The notes: generated from the letters alone by a model not told the origin. A stretch of DNA of 64,000 nucleotides from Paraspadella gotoi (GCA_051294375.1 CM119266.1:10441677-10505676), one strand, 5' to 3'; shown: positions 54,148 to 64,000, counted from the stretch's first letter. Numbers and translations are program-made.

Positions 54148-54490
54148 TTATAAAATTTTATTTTTCTTTTTTTTTCTGCATCTACAAAATTGGTTTGAGA
54201 AATTCCTTTTCCTTGTATTTCGGCGTGACACTTCCCTTAACTTCACATAATGTTTAATAAAACAAAAGGCCTCACCAATTGATTGATTCAAGGGATTGTA
54301 CATGTATATTATACAATTATCACCCAAAGTTGGTAAGTTATTATCACTGATTGTTAAATTACGATTATCAAATAAGTCATTAATAATAGCTATAAAATGA
54401 TTATCTTCAACACAGTTACCATTTTTACATTTTTTACATCCCTTTACAAAACCGTAGCTCTTCAACCCAAAAATCCAGTAACCCTAACTT
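54148..54490 (-). CDS. AT-rich open frame with a Cys cluster (GCKKCKNGNC); unknown gene fragment
   Basis: 105-aa stop-free frame in very AT-rich DNA next to the truncated end of the Gypsy element. Confidence 0.3.
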
Positions 54491-54563
54491 TTATCCGCTA
54501 CAGTGGCTACATTACCCATCTTGGAACGCAAAAATTATCTCTTTCAGCAGTAGAAAGTGAAGA

Positions 54564-55038
54564 TTGTTCAAGCCACTGGAAATCCACAATACAGCATTTG
54601 AAAAAGCAAAAAGTGTACTTCTGGATGAAAAACTTGGGAGGGTGAGAGTTCCCTCAACCAAACTTGAAGATGAGCTGATTGTACTCACAGATGGTTCTCA
54701 GCATGCCATTGGATCTGTGATTCTGCAAAAGCTGTATCCTACTTCAGCAGAGATTGCAGCAGGCGCTGATAAAGACAAGAGGCAACTCTACATTGTCCAA
54801 TGTTACTCAAAGACTTTAGTTCCAGCAAAAAGAAGTTTGCCAACTTTTTATAAAGAGTTTTTGGCTCTTTATGAAACAGTTCACAGATTTAGTTATCTTT
54901 TCACTGCAAGACCATTCTACATAATCACTGATAGTCAAGTGTTGAGAAGATGGGCTAACCTGGACAAAGTCGATGATGCCTTTGTGAGAAGAATCATCTA
55001 TCTTCAGAGTTTTGACTTCAAAATTCTTTTTATTGAAT
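54564..55038 (+). pseudogene. pol: Gypsy pol: RT connection and RNase H, cut by the nested insertion
   Basis: AFEKAK..LIVLTDGSQHAIGSVILQ..YSKTL..YKEFLAL..FYIITDSQVL..RRIIYLQSFDFKILFIE; resumes as SRANPADVVSR at 57912. Confidence 0.93.
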
Positions 55039-55281
55039 AGTGGAGGATAGTATTTTTAGTAGAAAAATTCGACGCCAAGGTGAAATTGAAGGAGAATTTA
55101 TTTAGTGTAACATCGAAGGGAAAGAAATAATAATAATGAGCGCGAGAATAAAATAACAATGACTTTTATATGAACTACTTTGTTTATCAAAGTAGGAATG
55201 TAAACAGAATGGAATTTTAGGCCGAGAGAAATATTATTTTACATTTTTGTAATTTACTAAATTCTTTCTCCAATCTTCACT
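55039..55281 (-). repeat. 3' LTR of the nested element (243 bp)
   Basis: AGTGGAGGATAG...CAATCTTCACT on the plus strand. Confidence 0.92.
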
Positions 55282-55529
55282 CGGCCATGTTACCAAAATT
55301 TCAAAAACAATTAAAATAATATTTCTAAAAATGATACTATAAAAATACTCAGGGTTAAAAAAAATATATTTTTAAGCCAAAATAACACTATAAATTCACA
55401 AGGTTCTACTTTAATTGTATCAGTCAATGGAATCGCGAATATATAAAAGGGAATTAATTTCAAGTTTTATTATACACTTTCTTTCAAAATAAATTTCATA
55501 AGCTAACAATTTTCAATCTAACAAAAAAA

Positions 55530-55565
55530 ATGTTTGCCATACTTCTTTTCTTTTTCTCGGTAAGT
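55530..55565 (+). other. Conserved leader exon (MFAILLFFFS|GTAAGT) in the nested copy
   Basis: Homologous to 61985-61953; ATG, hydrophobic character, phase 0 and donor are retained despite substitutions and a net 3-nt length change. Confidence 0.75.
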
Positions 55566-56701
55566 CGATGCTCTTTTCTTTAAAATTCACGTTATCAAAC
55601 TTTTGTAAAACAAAAGCATATGAAAATTGCATTATGCAGACGAAAATAGATAAGAACGCAAAACAATTCAAATATAAAATCATAACGACGAATTCAATTT
55701 ATAGAATAATTATTTTCTAAAGCACAAATAAGTTGAATTCGAAATGCAATAATTTTTAATAATAATCAAACGGAAATAATATATAGACACAATTCAATCA
55801 AGAATGTATTCTTAAAGTATAACAATACAGCAAAATGCTCAGAATGCTAAGCTTATACAATGGTATTTAAAATCAACTAGGAATTAACATATAATGAACC
55901 ATCAGTTGTTAACAATTTTGACGAGATTGCTATTTTATATGTTTCGTAAATTCATCAATTTTTTCTATGGAAAAAAAAGAAAAAAACTTTCACTAATTTT
56001 TCGCGAAATAAGTTTACTGTCACATTGATTATTGATCGTTTCTGATTTAAATATTGGTTCAACATGCAATATTTATTTTTGATCAGTTATCACAATTAAT
56101 AAATTTAACTTTTAGCTCACACATATAGCATCCCCCTCTCACACTCCATGGCAATCTTAACATATTCAAGCGACTTGTCCGCCGTTAAGAATCTCGCAGG
56201 TGTCAGGGTGATCGGTGCCTTTCTCTTCAACCGTGAGTCAAAACCTGAATCTCAAAAGGTTTGATTAATACGACATACATGTAATCAAAATTAATTTATT
56301 ATGATTAAATCATCATTGAATTAATATATATTAATCAATTATACTAGTGAAATTTACAAGTGGTCACCCATTCTCTAATTCGTTCTACAGCACCGGCAAA
56401 GACCAGGCACAAACGCCGTGCGCGTCTCCACGTTTAAACAAAAGACGCTCGCATCCATCAATTATCATTAAATTCGCCAATAATTTCTCATCCATTGAAA
56501 TTGCATTTAATAATTATTTGTCACATTTATTTAATAAAACAAGTAAAACGATTTGGAAATTACTCAAAAAAAAAACCAAAAAAATCCCAATAGTCAGCAA
56601 TTGCAACGAAATACAACGAAGTATCTAGTGAAAATAAGAATACAAAATTCAAAATCCACATTTACGATATTGTCTCATTCGCGAAAATAAGATGAATTGC
56701 A

Positions 56702-57490
56702 TCAATAGCGATCTCCTGCATTTGCAGAAGCAGAGCGGCGAGCAGCCAAACGGGTAAGAGGCGGTCCGCAGGCGGGCATGGCACGGCAGTCCAGCGTTCT
56801 CATTTTGTCAATCATTTTGATGAGGCTCTCTCTGGACAAGTTTGAACGAATAAGATGATCTCCAGGGAATACTTTAAATTCACCAGAGACTAGAGAATGG
56901 CACTTGAATGAATTTGTGCTATTTTGGCAACTATTTCCCACGCATCTTGATCCACTTTCCTTTGAATTTTTCGTGGAGAACCAAGGAAAAATGAAGTTTT
57001 CTTCTTCTAGACTAATCTCCAACTTTTAGATGAGATGTAATATCTCTCGGATTTTTGCGTTTCCGGCGTTGAAGGAACCGGTTCACATCATGGCGCAAAA
57101 TGTCATTCTGAAGTTTCTCCTTGCTTCCAATGCTTCTCTCACACTCTTTGCCGGCGCCGTCACGCCGCTAGATGGCAGTTCTCCGTCCGGGTCCAACAGG
57201 TTTGCAGATGAACGACAAAATGGACGCAGAGGACTTTTTCCAGATAAATATCTGTACAGTTGAATTGTAAACAACTCTAGCTTCGCCGACGAGAGAATGA
57301 AATGGAAGATGAGGTTCATGTTCTTGTAATTTGAGCATTATTCTCGTAATAGAATTGATGAATCTCTCTACTTTAGACTGACATCTTGACACATTTGCCA
57401 ATCCATGTATCAACTCCACTCCATGTTGACTAAGGATATTTGGCTGAGGGAGTGTTTGATTTACAAAGAGCATTGTCAGCATGGATGCGA
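56702..57490 (-). pseudogene. Integrase C-terminal remnant of the nested element
   Basis: HGVELIHGLANVSRCQSKVERFINSITR..; ends LTRLAARRSASANAGDRY*. Confidence 0.9.
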
Positions 57491-57659
57491 CATGTAAAAT
57501 TTCGCATACCCTCATCCATGACACAAAAAAAACACCCATTTTATATCATTTTGCGATGACGTTTTCTCGTTTCTTCAAAAAGTCCAATGCCAAAAGTTCA
57601 TCTTTTGCCATTCTCAGACGCATCTTCTTTGAAGGTGTAATCCCACCAATTAGGTGGGA

Positions 57660-57675
57660 CCCACCGCTGCCACCA
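57660..57675 (-). promoter_or_regulatory. Primer-binding site complementary to tRNA-Leu (TGGTGGCAGCGGTGGG)
   Basis: The plus strand reads CCCACCGCTGCCACCA, matching the 3' end of animal tRNA-Leu(AAG-type) including CCA. No spacer to the LTR. Confidence 0.88.
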
Positions 57676-57908
57676 AGTGGAGGATAGTATTTTTAGTAGA
57701 AAATAATTGACGCCAAGGTGAAATTGAAGGAGAATTTATTTAGTGTAACATCGAAGGGAAGAAATAATAAAATGGCGCGAGAAATAATAACAATGACTTT
57801 TATATGAACACTTTATTTATCAAATAGGAATGTAAACGAGAATGGAATTTAGGCGAAGAAATATTATTTACATTGTAATTTACTATATTCTTTCTCCTCA
57901 TCTTCACT
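57676..57908 (-). repeat. 5' LTR of the nested element (233 bp)
   Basis: Direct repeat of 55039-55281; on the minus strand it is followed immediately by the PBS. Confidence 0.92.
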
Positions 57909-59979
57909 GAATCTAGAGCAAATCCAGCTGATGTTGTGAGCAGATGGAAGAAAATGATGGAGGAGATGGTACTTATGACAGAAGATTTCTCCAAGGCAGG
58001 ATTCTGAATGGTAAAGGAGAAAAAGTTCCGCTTGAATCACTTCTGAATAAAAGTATTTAGATGAATTGTGTCTCATTTTTGAAAGCAAGAAGAGGACTAC
58101 TATGTCTAAGCTTAATGTCTCCCACATTGAAATGTCCAGCCGGGACCGACTCCGGATATGGATGACACTGAGTGGACGCATTTTCCGGCAAATGATTCCA
58201 CTGATCCGGCACACCCTCCGTCGGCAGTCGGTGACACAAGTAGAGTGTTCATCAGATGACTGGGATCCGGACAATCTAATAGAGAAGGAATTAGACAAAA
58301 GGAGCTATTCCATCTCTTCAATTGTGCTACTCACAGTAGAGTGACAAGGCGTCGCAGAAAGCGTGAAATCAAGAGTGGAAAGGTCTTCTTGCCCCTTGGA
58401 CAGTCTCAATTGTTCAACTCTCAGATAAAGATGTAGCTTCAGGCCACACTGAGGAAGTTGACGAAGTTGTGGATGAGCCAATTAAAGCCAAGGAAGTTCC
58501 AGTTTTTGCAGACAAAGTTCTCCAGAAAATCTTGGAAATGTCAACAGGCGCCTGATGTGAGTGAAAAAATTGATTATTTGAAGGAAAAAAGGAAGTTACC
58601 AGATAAACATGAAGCTTTTTTTATCTATGGGGACTTTGGCATTCCTTCGTCACCGCAGTCTCTTCATCATCAGTAATCAGGGAGTGCTACTGCGCTTGTG
58701 ACAGCCCCTGATGAGGAATCAAGTTTCTCCTTGTTGTGTCTGAGATGGTATTTAATCGTCTTTTGAGTAAGACTCATGAAACAAAATTTGCTGCGGTCAA
58801 TCAAGGTTCTGATCATGTTGTTGTTGGTGATCGTGATCCTGTATCAACTCATGCTGGAGTGAATTGAACCTTAAAAACTGGGAAAAAGTTACTACATACT
58901 TGGGATGAGAGAGAAGATTTCTACATACATCAGGAATTGTGCAATCTGCCTTCAGAACAATCACCAAAAAGGTTCCAGAGATGAAGGAGGGATGCAGACA
59001 CCCATGGAGCCAGGAAACTCCGTTGCAATTGACTTTGCAGGACCCTTCCACAATGATGCTGCATTTCCGTACATTTTTTGTGCTGTGGACCTCTTCTCCA
59101 GATATGCATGGGCATATCCTACAAAATCTACGCAAGACAAAGAAGTAGAGGATAGTCTAATGAAGATAAGACAAGAGTGGAGTGGTTTACCTCATCGCAT
59201 CCATGCTGACAATGCTCTTTGTAATCAAACACTCCCTCAGCCAATATCCTTAGTCAACATGGAGTGGAGTTGATACATGGATTGGCAAATGTGTCAAGAT
59301 GTCAGTCTAAAGTAGAGAGATTCATCAATTCAATTACGAGAATAATGCTCAAATTCAAGAACATGAACCTCATCTTCCATTTCATTCTCTCGTCGGCGAA
59401 GCTAGAGTAGTTTACAATTCAACTTGTACAGATATTCTATCTGGAAAAGTCCATCTGACGTCCATTTTTGTCGTTCATCTGCAAACCTGTTGGACCCGGA
59501 CGGAGAACTGCCATCTAGCGGCGTGACGGCGCCGGCAAAGAGTGTGAGAGAAACATTGGAAGCAAGGAGGAGACTTCAGAATGACATTTTGCACCATGAC
59601 GTGAACTGGTTCCTTCAACGCCGGAAACGCGAGAATCGGAGAGATATCACGTCGCATCGAAAAATTGGAGATCTCGTTATGAAGAAACGTACTTCGTTTT
59701 TCCCTGGTTCTCCAAGGAAAATTCAAAGGAAAGTGGATCAAGATGCGTGGGAAATAGTTTCCAAAATAGCAACGAATTCATTCAAGTGCCATTCTCTAGT
59801 CTCTGGTGAATTTAAAGTATTCCCTGGAGATCATCTTATTCGTTCAAACTTATCCAGAGAAAGTCTCATCAAAATGGTTGACAAAATGAGAACGCTGGAC
59901 CGCCGTGCCATGCCCGCCGGCGGACCGCCTCTTACCCGTTTGGCTGCTCTGCTTCTGCAAATGCAGGGATCGCTATTGA
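57909..59979 (+). pseudogene. pol: Gypsy pol: RNase H tail, spacer and DDE integrase (frameshifted)
   Basis: NPADVVSR; zinc-finger YIRNCAIC; core VAIDFAGP..CAVDLFSRYAWAYP..LPHRIHADN..QSKVERF; C-terminal GDLVMKK domain. Confidence 0.93.
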
Positions 59980-60148
59980 TGCAATTCATCTTATTTTCGC
60001 CGAAACAGACAATATTGTCAATGTGGAATTTTGAATTTTGTATTTTTATTCTCACTAAATACTTCATTGTATTTCGTTGCAATTGCTAACTATTCGGATT
60101 AATTTTTAGAATATTTTGTTTGAGTAAATACCAAATCGTTTGAATTGT

Positions 60149-60942
60149 TTAATTAAAATATGACAATGAATTATTACATGCAATTTCAATAGATGAGAAT
60201 ATATTGGCGAAATTAATGATAATTGATGGATGCGAGCGTCTTTTGTTTAAACGTGGGAGATGCGCACGGCGTTTGTGCCGGGTCTGCCGTGGCTGTAGAA
60301 CGAATTAGAGAATGGGTGACCACTTGTAAATTTCACTGTATATTTGATTAATATATATTATTCAATCATTATTATACTCACATAGTAGACATTTTCAAGC
60401 CGGAAAAAGCCGTCGGGATCCTTCTTTCGAAGGCATTGGCGGAGGGCGGTGATCAAGGCTGTAAGAGAGAAATAGAAAATGGTCATGACTATGCAATTGA
60501 TTATTCTAATACTAATCATGTTAATTCCTATTAATTCGTGTGTGTACTAATATTGATTTTATTGAAAATTAGGATGCTTGACTCACTGTTCAGGATCAGA
60601 GCGCCGATTAGGCCCCAGACGCCCGCGATGATGCTGGCTTGGCGCTTGTAGTCCTCCTTGAAGTTGTCCAGAACTTCGTCGAACTTGTTGGAGCCTCTTC
60701 GAAGGGCCCGATGATGATGTGGCCCTGTGTGTCGGTCACTGAGAAGTGTCCGGTTTGTCCGGTTTTCTGTAGGGAGAGAGGTATGAGAAGGATACAACTA
60801 CAAATAAGTTGGGAGTAAAAAACATTCATATGATACATACCATACCGCTCCGGCGAAGTTCTTCCCGGATTGTTGTATCCGGGCATTGAACTTCCATCCG
60901 GCAAGGTGGGAGTGTGCCGGAATCGGCGAGAGAGATGATGAG
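60149..60942 (-). CDS. Antisense retroelement gene B: multi-exon type I membrane protein; exons 60942-60846, 60766-60587, 60458-60382 and tentatively 60292-60149
   Basis: Canonical GT-AG sites with matching phases give LIISLADSGTLPPCRMEVQCPD..RRS/ENRTNRT..NKFDEVLDNFKEDYKRQASIIAGVWGLIGALILN/TLITALRQCLRKKDPDGFFRLENVYY. The TM helix is completed across a splice junction. AATAAA at 60050-60045. Start comes from the shared leader exon or from ATG|gtaagg at 61001-60999. Confidence 0.68.
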
Positions 60943-61127
60943 CTGGGTGGATCATTGTATCATTAGTAGTTGGGATCCTTACCTCTCCTATTCCTTACCA
61001 TTATTATGTTATACCTCCTCAATTGTCAATAGAAAGGGGTCCTAAAAGGTCCCTATCCCCTAGGCCCTGTCTTATAAAGAGAGATATAGGTTATGCTTAA
61101 GGGTTCATATATTAATTTTTTTATGTC

Positions 61128-61985
61128 TTATGCCTCAACAGGTTGCATTTCAAAGGATCCGGAAACGACGGCATTCTGGACCTCGGCGTCGACGCAGGGG
61201 AGGCGGACATTTAATGCCGCCGCCCGGACTTGGCATCCAGAGCGGCGACAGAAAATGCACGCCAACACTGTGAAGACAACGAGAAAAAGAATGGCGCCGA
61301 CCGCGATTCCCGCAATCTGCCTACCAGTGAGACCCTCGCCGATCTCCTCAATGAATTGGGTAATAGTCACAGTAAAGGGGTACCTGGGCCTATTAGGCAC
61401 GACGACCACTACTCCACTGTGATTGATTATCGATTCGCAGGTGTCTACCATATAGATTGAAAGATCGGTGAGAAAAATTGGTGCCTAAAAGTTTAACCTT
61501 AATGGCGATTAGATCGCTTAAATGTGTTAAGATAAGCCTAATGTGTGAGATAAAAGTTATTTTGTTAATTTTGATAACTGATCAAAAATAAATAAATTTG
61601 CATGTTGAACCAATATTTAAATCAGAAACGATCAATAATCAGTGAGACAGTAAACTTAATTCGCGAAAAATTAGTGAAAGTTTTTTTTTGTTTTTTTTTC
61701 CATAAAAAAAAATTTGATGATATTTTATTTCCGTTTTGAATTTTTTTAAAAATTATTGCATTTCGAATTCAGCTTATTTGTGCTTTTAGAAGAATAATTA
61801 TTCTATAAATTGAATTCGTCGTTATGATTTTATATTTGAATTGTTTTGCATTCTATAACTATTATCGTCTGCATGATATATTTTTTTCTTCATATAGCTT
61901 TTGTTTTACAAAAAGTTTGATAACGTGATTTTTTTTTAAAAAAAGAGCATCGACTTACCGTAAGAAGAAAGAGTATGGCAATCAT
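61128..61985 (-). CDS. Antisense retroelement gene A: 127-aa type I membrane protein; exons 61985-61959 and 61484-61128
   Basis: MIAILFLLT|gtaagt ... ttttag|APIFLTDLSIYMVDTCESIINHSG...GLTGRQIAGIAVGAILFLVVFTVLACIFCRRSGC...VEA*. Phase 0/0; signal-like N-terminus, NHS sequon, one TM, Cys/Arg juxtamembrane segment. Confidence 0.72.
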
Positions 61986-62040
61986 ATTTTTTTGTTAGGT
62001 CGAAAATTGTTAGTTTGTGAATTTTTTGTAAGATTGTGTG

Positions 62041-62073
62041 GACTGAAACTTGAAATTAATTCCCTTTTATATA
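62041..62073 (-). promoter_or_regulatory. Antisense core promoter inside the retroelement: TATA box plus initiator
   Basis: Minus strand TATATAAAAG at 62073-62064, 29 nt upstream of the A of TCAGTC (62044) and ~90 nt upstream of ATG 61985. The TATA box is conserved in the nested copy (55440-55449). Confidence 0.7.
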
Positions 62074-62231
62074 TTCGCGATTTTATTGACCGTTACATTT
62101 AATGTCTCACCTTGTGTATTTTATAGTGTTATTTTGGCTAAAAATATTATTTTTTTTAACCCTGAGTAAATTTGTAGTATCATTTTTAGAAATATTATTT
62201 TGTTTTTTTTGAAATTTTGGTAACATGGCCG

Positions 62232-62477
62232 AGTGAAGATTGGGAGAAAGAATTCAGTAAATTACAAAAATGTAAATAATATTTTTCTCGGCCTAAAATT
62301 CCATTCTCATTTACATTCCTACTTTGATAAACAAAGTAGTTCATATAAAAGGCATTGTTATTTTATTCTCGCGCTCATTATTATTATTTCTTTCCCTTCG
62401 ATGTTTCACTAAATAAATTCTCCTTCAATTTCACCTTGGCGTCGAATTATTTTCTACTAAAAATACCATCCTCCACT
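62232..62477 (+). repeat. 3' LTR of the host element (246 bp, AGTGAAGAT...ATCCTCCACT)
   Basis: Reverse complement of the repeats at 55039-55281 and 57676-57908; short imperfect terminal inverted repeat. Confidence 0.92.
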
Positions 62478-62845
62478 AGAATTAACAAAATACACAAATT
62501 TAAAAGAATCGTTTAAAAAATTTCTCGTAAAACCCCCAACAGGCAAGGTTGCCGAATTCCATCTCAAAACCATGACGAGACTATAATACTTTGCATCCCT
62601 TGTCCGAAAAATCTCTTCCCCAACCGATAGCTCACCGCCGCCCCTTACTTTAATTTGCTTTGGAGTTTCCAAATCCCGGCTTTTGTTGAATAGCCGCGCA
62701 AACCAACCAGTGCGTCGCCGCACCGATGATGCCACCGACGTCAAAATTTGATGCGAAGAGGGCGCCGGGGACTCCACCGGTGCTGCTTTCATCCCTGCAG
62801 CACTGACCTCACCCCGACTTGTCCCAATTCCTGGCAGAGATGATC
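62478..62845 (-). CDS. Putative exon of an unknown gene running into the 3' LTR boundary
   Basis: Acceptor ttttatttttAG at ~62846 and an open frame (..MKAAPVESP..GWFARLFNK..YYSLVMVLRW..) up to the LTR end. Confidence 0.35.
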
Positions 62846-63510
62846 TAAAAATAAAAGAAATACCTGTAAATAGAGTTCTTTACGGCTCCAATCTCTTCCT
62901 ATCCCCCTCTTTTTGTTGCAGTACATCTCTATCCATGTTTATTTTACTTTTTATTCATTTGTTCAATTTTTGTAAATTGTTGACTGAAGTATATCATATT
63001 GAAAGTATTTATTCGAGTCCCTGGCCGGAATAATATTAGCGTTAAGGGAGAGGAGAGAGAGAGAGAGAGAGACGGGGACGGACGAAGGGCGAATTCGAGA
63101 CTCACGAAGACTGAACTAAAAAAGGGGCGGCTCCTCGGGAGAGGGATTGGAAGAGGAGGATGAGGATCGAGGTTGCGATAAGAAAATTAAATATTTGCAA
63201 AACCCGAAATGACAATAACTATAAAATTTCCAAAAGACAACGTTTACTAAAGTGTTTTCTGGTTTTTACATTTAAACCAGTTTCCCGGGTATGTTAAGCA
63301 AAACATCGCCTGATAAAGACGAGTCCGGATATGTATCCTTGCTCTCATTTACTATTTTTATTGCTCATCTAAATCCATTGGCCCAAGCAATTTAATATTA
63401 CAACTGTAACATAAGTGGCTGATGTAGCATAGTGCAGCCAATGAGATGCTGTCGCTAGTTGCTAGCTAGTACCGATAACTACTTTCTAGTTTCTTTCAAG
63501 ATTTACTTAC

Positions 63511-63659
63511 TTTCATACAAACAAAGTTGTATCCTTCTTCCTCTCCCTTGTAGTGATGGGGATCGAATTCCCAAACGAAGCACTTATCGCAATAGTGCCC
63601 GGCAGTAGGTGCATTAGGTGTGCATCGTCCTCCGTCGTACATACAAATCACGATTCGAC
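63511..63659 (-). CDS. Cys-rich internal exon, unknown product
   Basis: tttgacAG acceptor and GTAAGT donor bracket RIVICMYDGGRCTPNAPTAGHYCDKCFVWEFDPHHYKGEEEGYNFVCMK. Confidence 0.5.
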
Positions 63660-63738
63660 CTGTCAAACATGTCAAACGCGCGCGCGAGAGACAAATCACC
63701 GCCGCGGTTCCGTCCCGCGCGCGAACAGACATTTCGGG

Positions 63739-63778
<40 letters not shown>

Positions 63779-64000
63779 ATACACCGACGTCTGTTCAGTC
63801 CCCCATATACCGACGTCTGTTCCGTCCCCGACGAAACAGACACTTGGAATCAAGGGCTGTATTACTTTTTTACGGCTTAAAGCCAAGGCGCCCCTATATT
63901 TTCAAAACTCGTCAAACCGTTGACAGCTCCTAGCCAGAGGCAATGTTTACCTTCTGTCACACAGAGAGAGCGCGTCCTCATAAAAAACTTTTCACGAATA

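Larger units (their letters stand above)
55039..57908 (-). mobile_element. Internally deleted, non-autonomous copy of the same Gypsy family, inserted in reverse orientation
   Basis: Two direct LTRs, GAAT duplication at 55035-55038 and 57909-57912, and a PBS. Internal 56310-57490 is the reverse complement of 59196-60370; 55282-56190 is the reverse complement of ~61500-62231. Confidence 0.93.
54540..62477 (+). mobile_element. 5'-truncated Ty3/Gypsy LTR retrotransposon (host element): pol remnant, antisense gene cassette and 3' LTR
   Basis: RNase H precedes integrase (Gypsy order); 3' LTR at 62232-62477; interrupted by a nested copy at 55039-57908. No 5' LTR, gag or RT core seen. Confidence 0.9.

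Noticed and set aside
56129-56140. GAGAGGGGGA followed by TG on the minus strand, as a PPT and the start of a ~1.1-kb LTR
   Set aside because: Not shared by the host copy; the LTR defined by the direct repeats and TSD is only ~240 bp.
57660-57675. tRNA-Leu gene fragment
   Set aside because: Only 16 nt including CCA and adjacent to an LTR, so it is a primer-binding site rather than a tRNA gene.
55039-62477. Long terminal inverted repeats beginning AGT, suggesting a Polinton/Maverick or DIRS element
   Set aside because: The GAAT duplication, third repeat copy, PBS and interrupted RNase H show two oppositely oriented Gypsy copies. No DNA polymerase B, capsid or tyrosine recombinase is present.
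63782-63828. Two copies of ACCGACGTCTGTTC.GTCCCC as a possible CRISPR-like repeat
   Set aside because: Only two adjacent units, no spacers, and a eukaryotic context.

Overview
Eukaryotic, most likely invertebrate-animal, DNA. It is very rich in (GA/TC)n, (GTC)n and (GAAA)n microsatellites and contains N gaps and indel-rich stretches that look like uncorrected long-read sequence. Two large direct duplications (1-11801 vs 13284-24659; 41950-46431 vs 46470-51040) are probably gap-filling artefacts. One host gene could be reconstructed by hand: a six-exon FAM187A-like Ig/TSP1-like/Ig type I membrane protein (37499-42072) with a GC-AG intron. Also present are a two-exon Asp-rich gene, an ORF with a degenerate Merlin/ISXO2-like transposase segment and a decayed non-LTR retrotransposon fragment. 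The main result is at 54.5-62.5 kb. A 5'-truncated Ty3/Gypsy element with short AGT...ACT LTRs is split in its RNase H by an inverted, internally deleted copy of its own family (GAAT target duplication, tRNA-Leu PBS). Between pol and the 3' LTR it carries an antisense, intron-containing transcription unit with its own TATA/Inr promoter. A 9-codon signal-peptide leader exon of that unit can be spliced in frame to either of two different small type I membrane protein genes. All gene models are manual predictions; no database searches were run.
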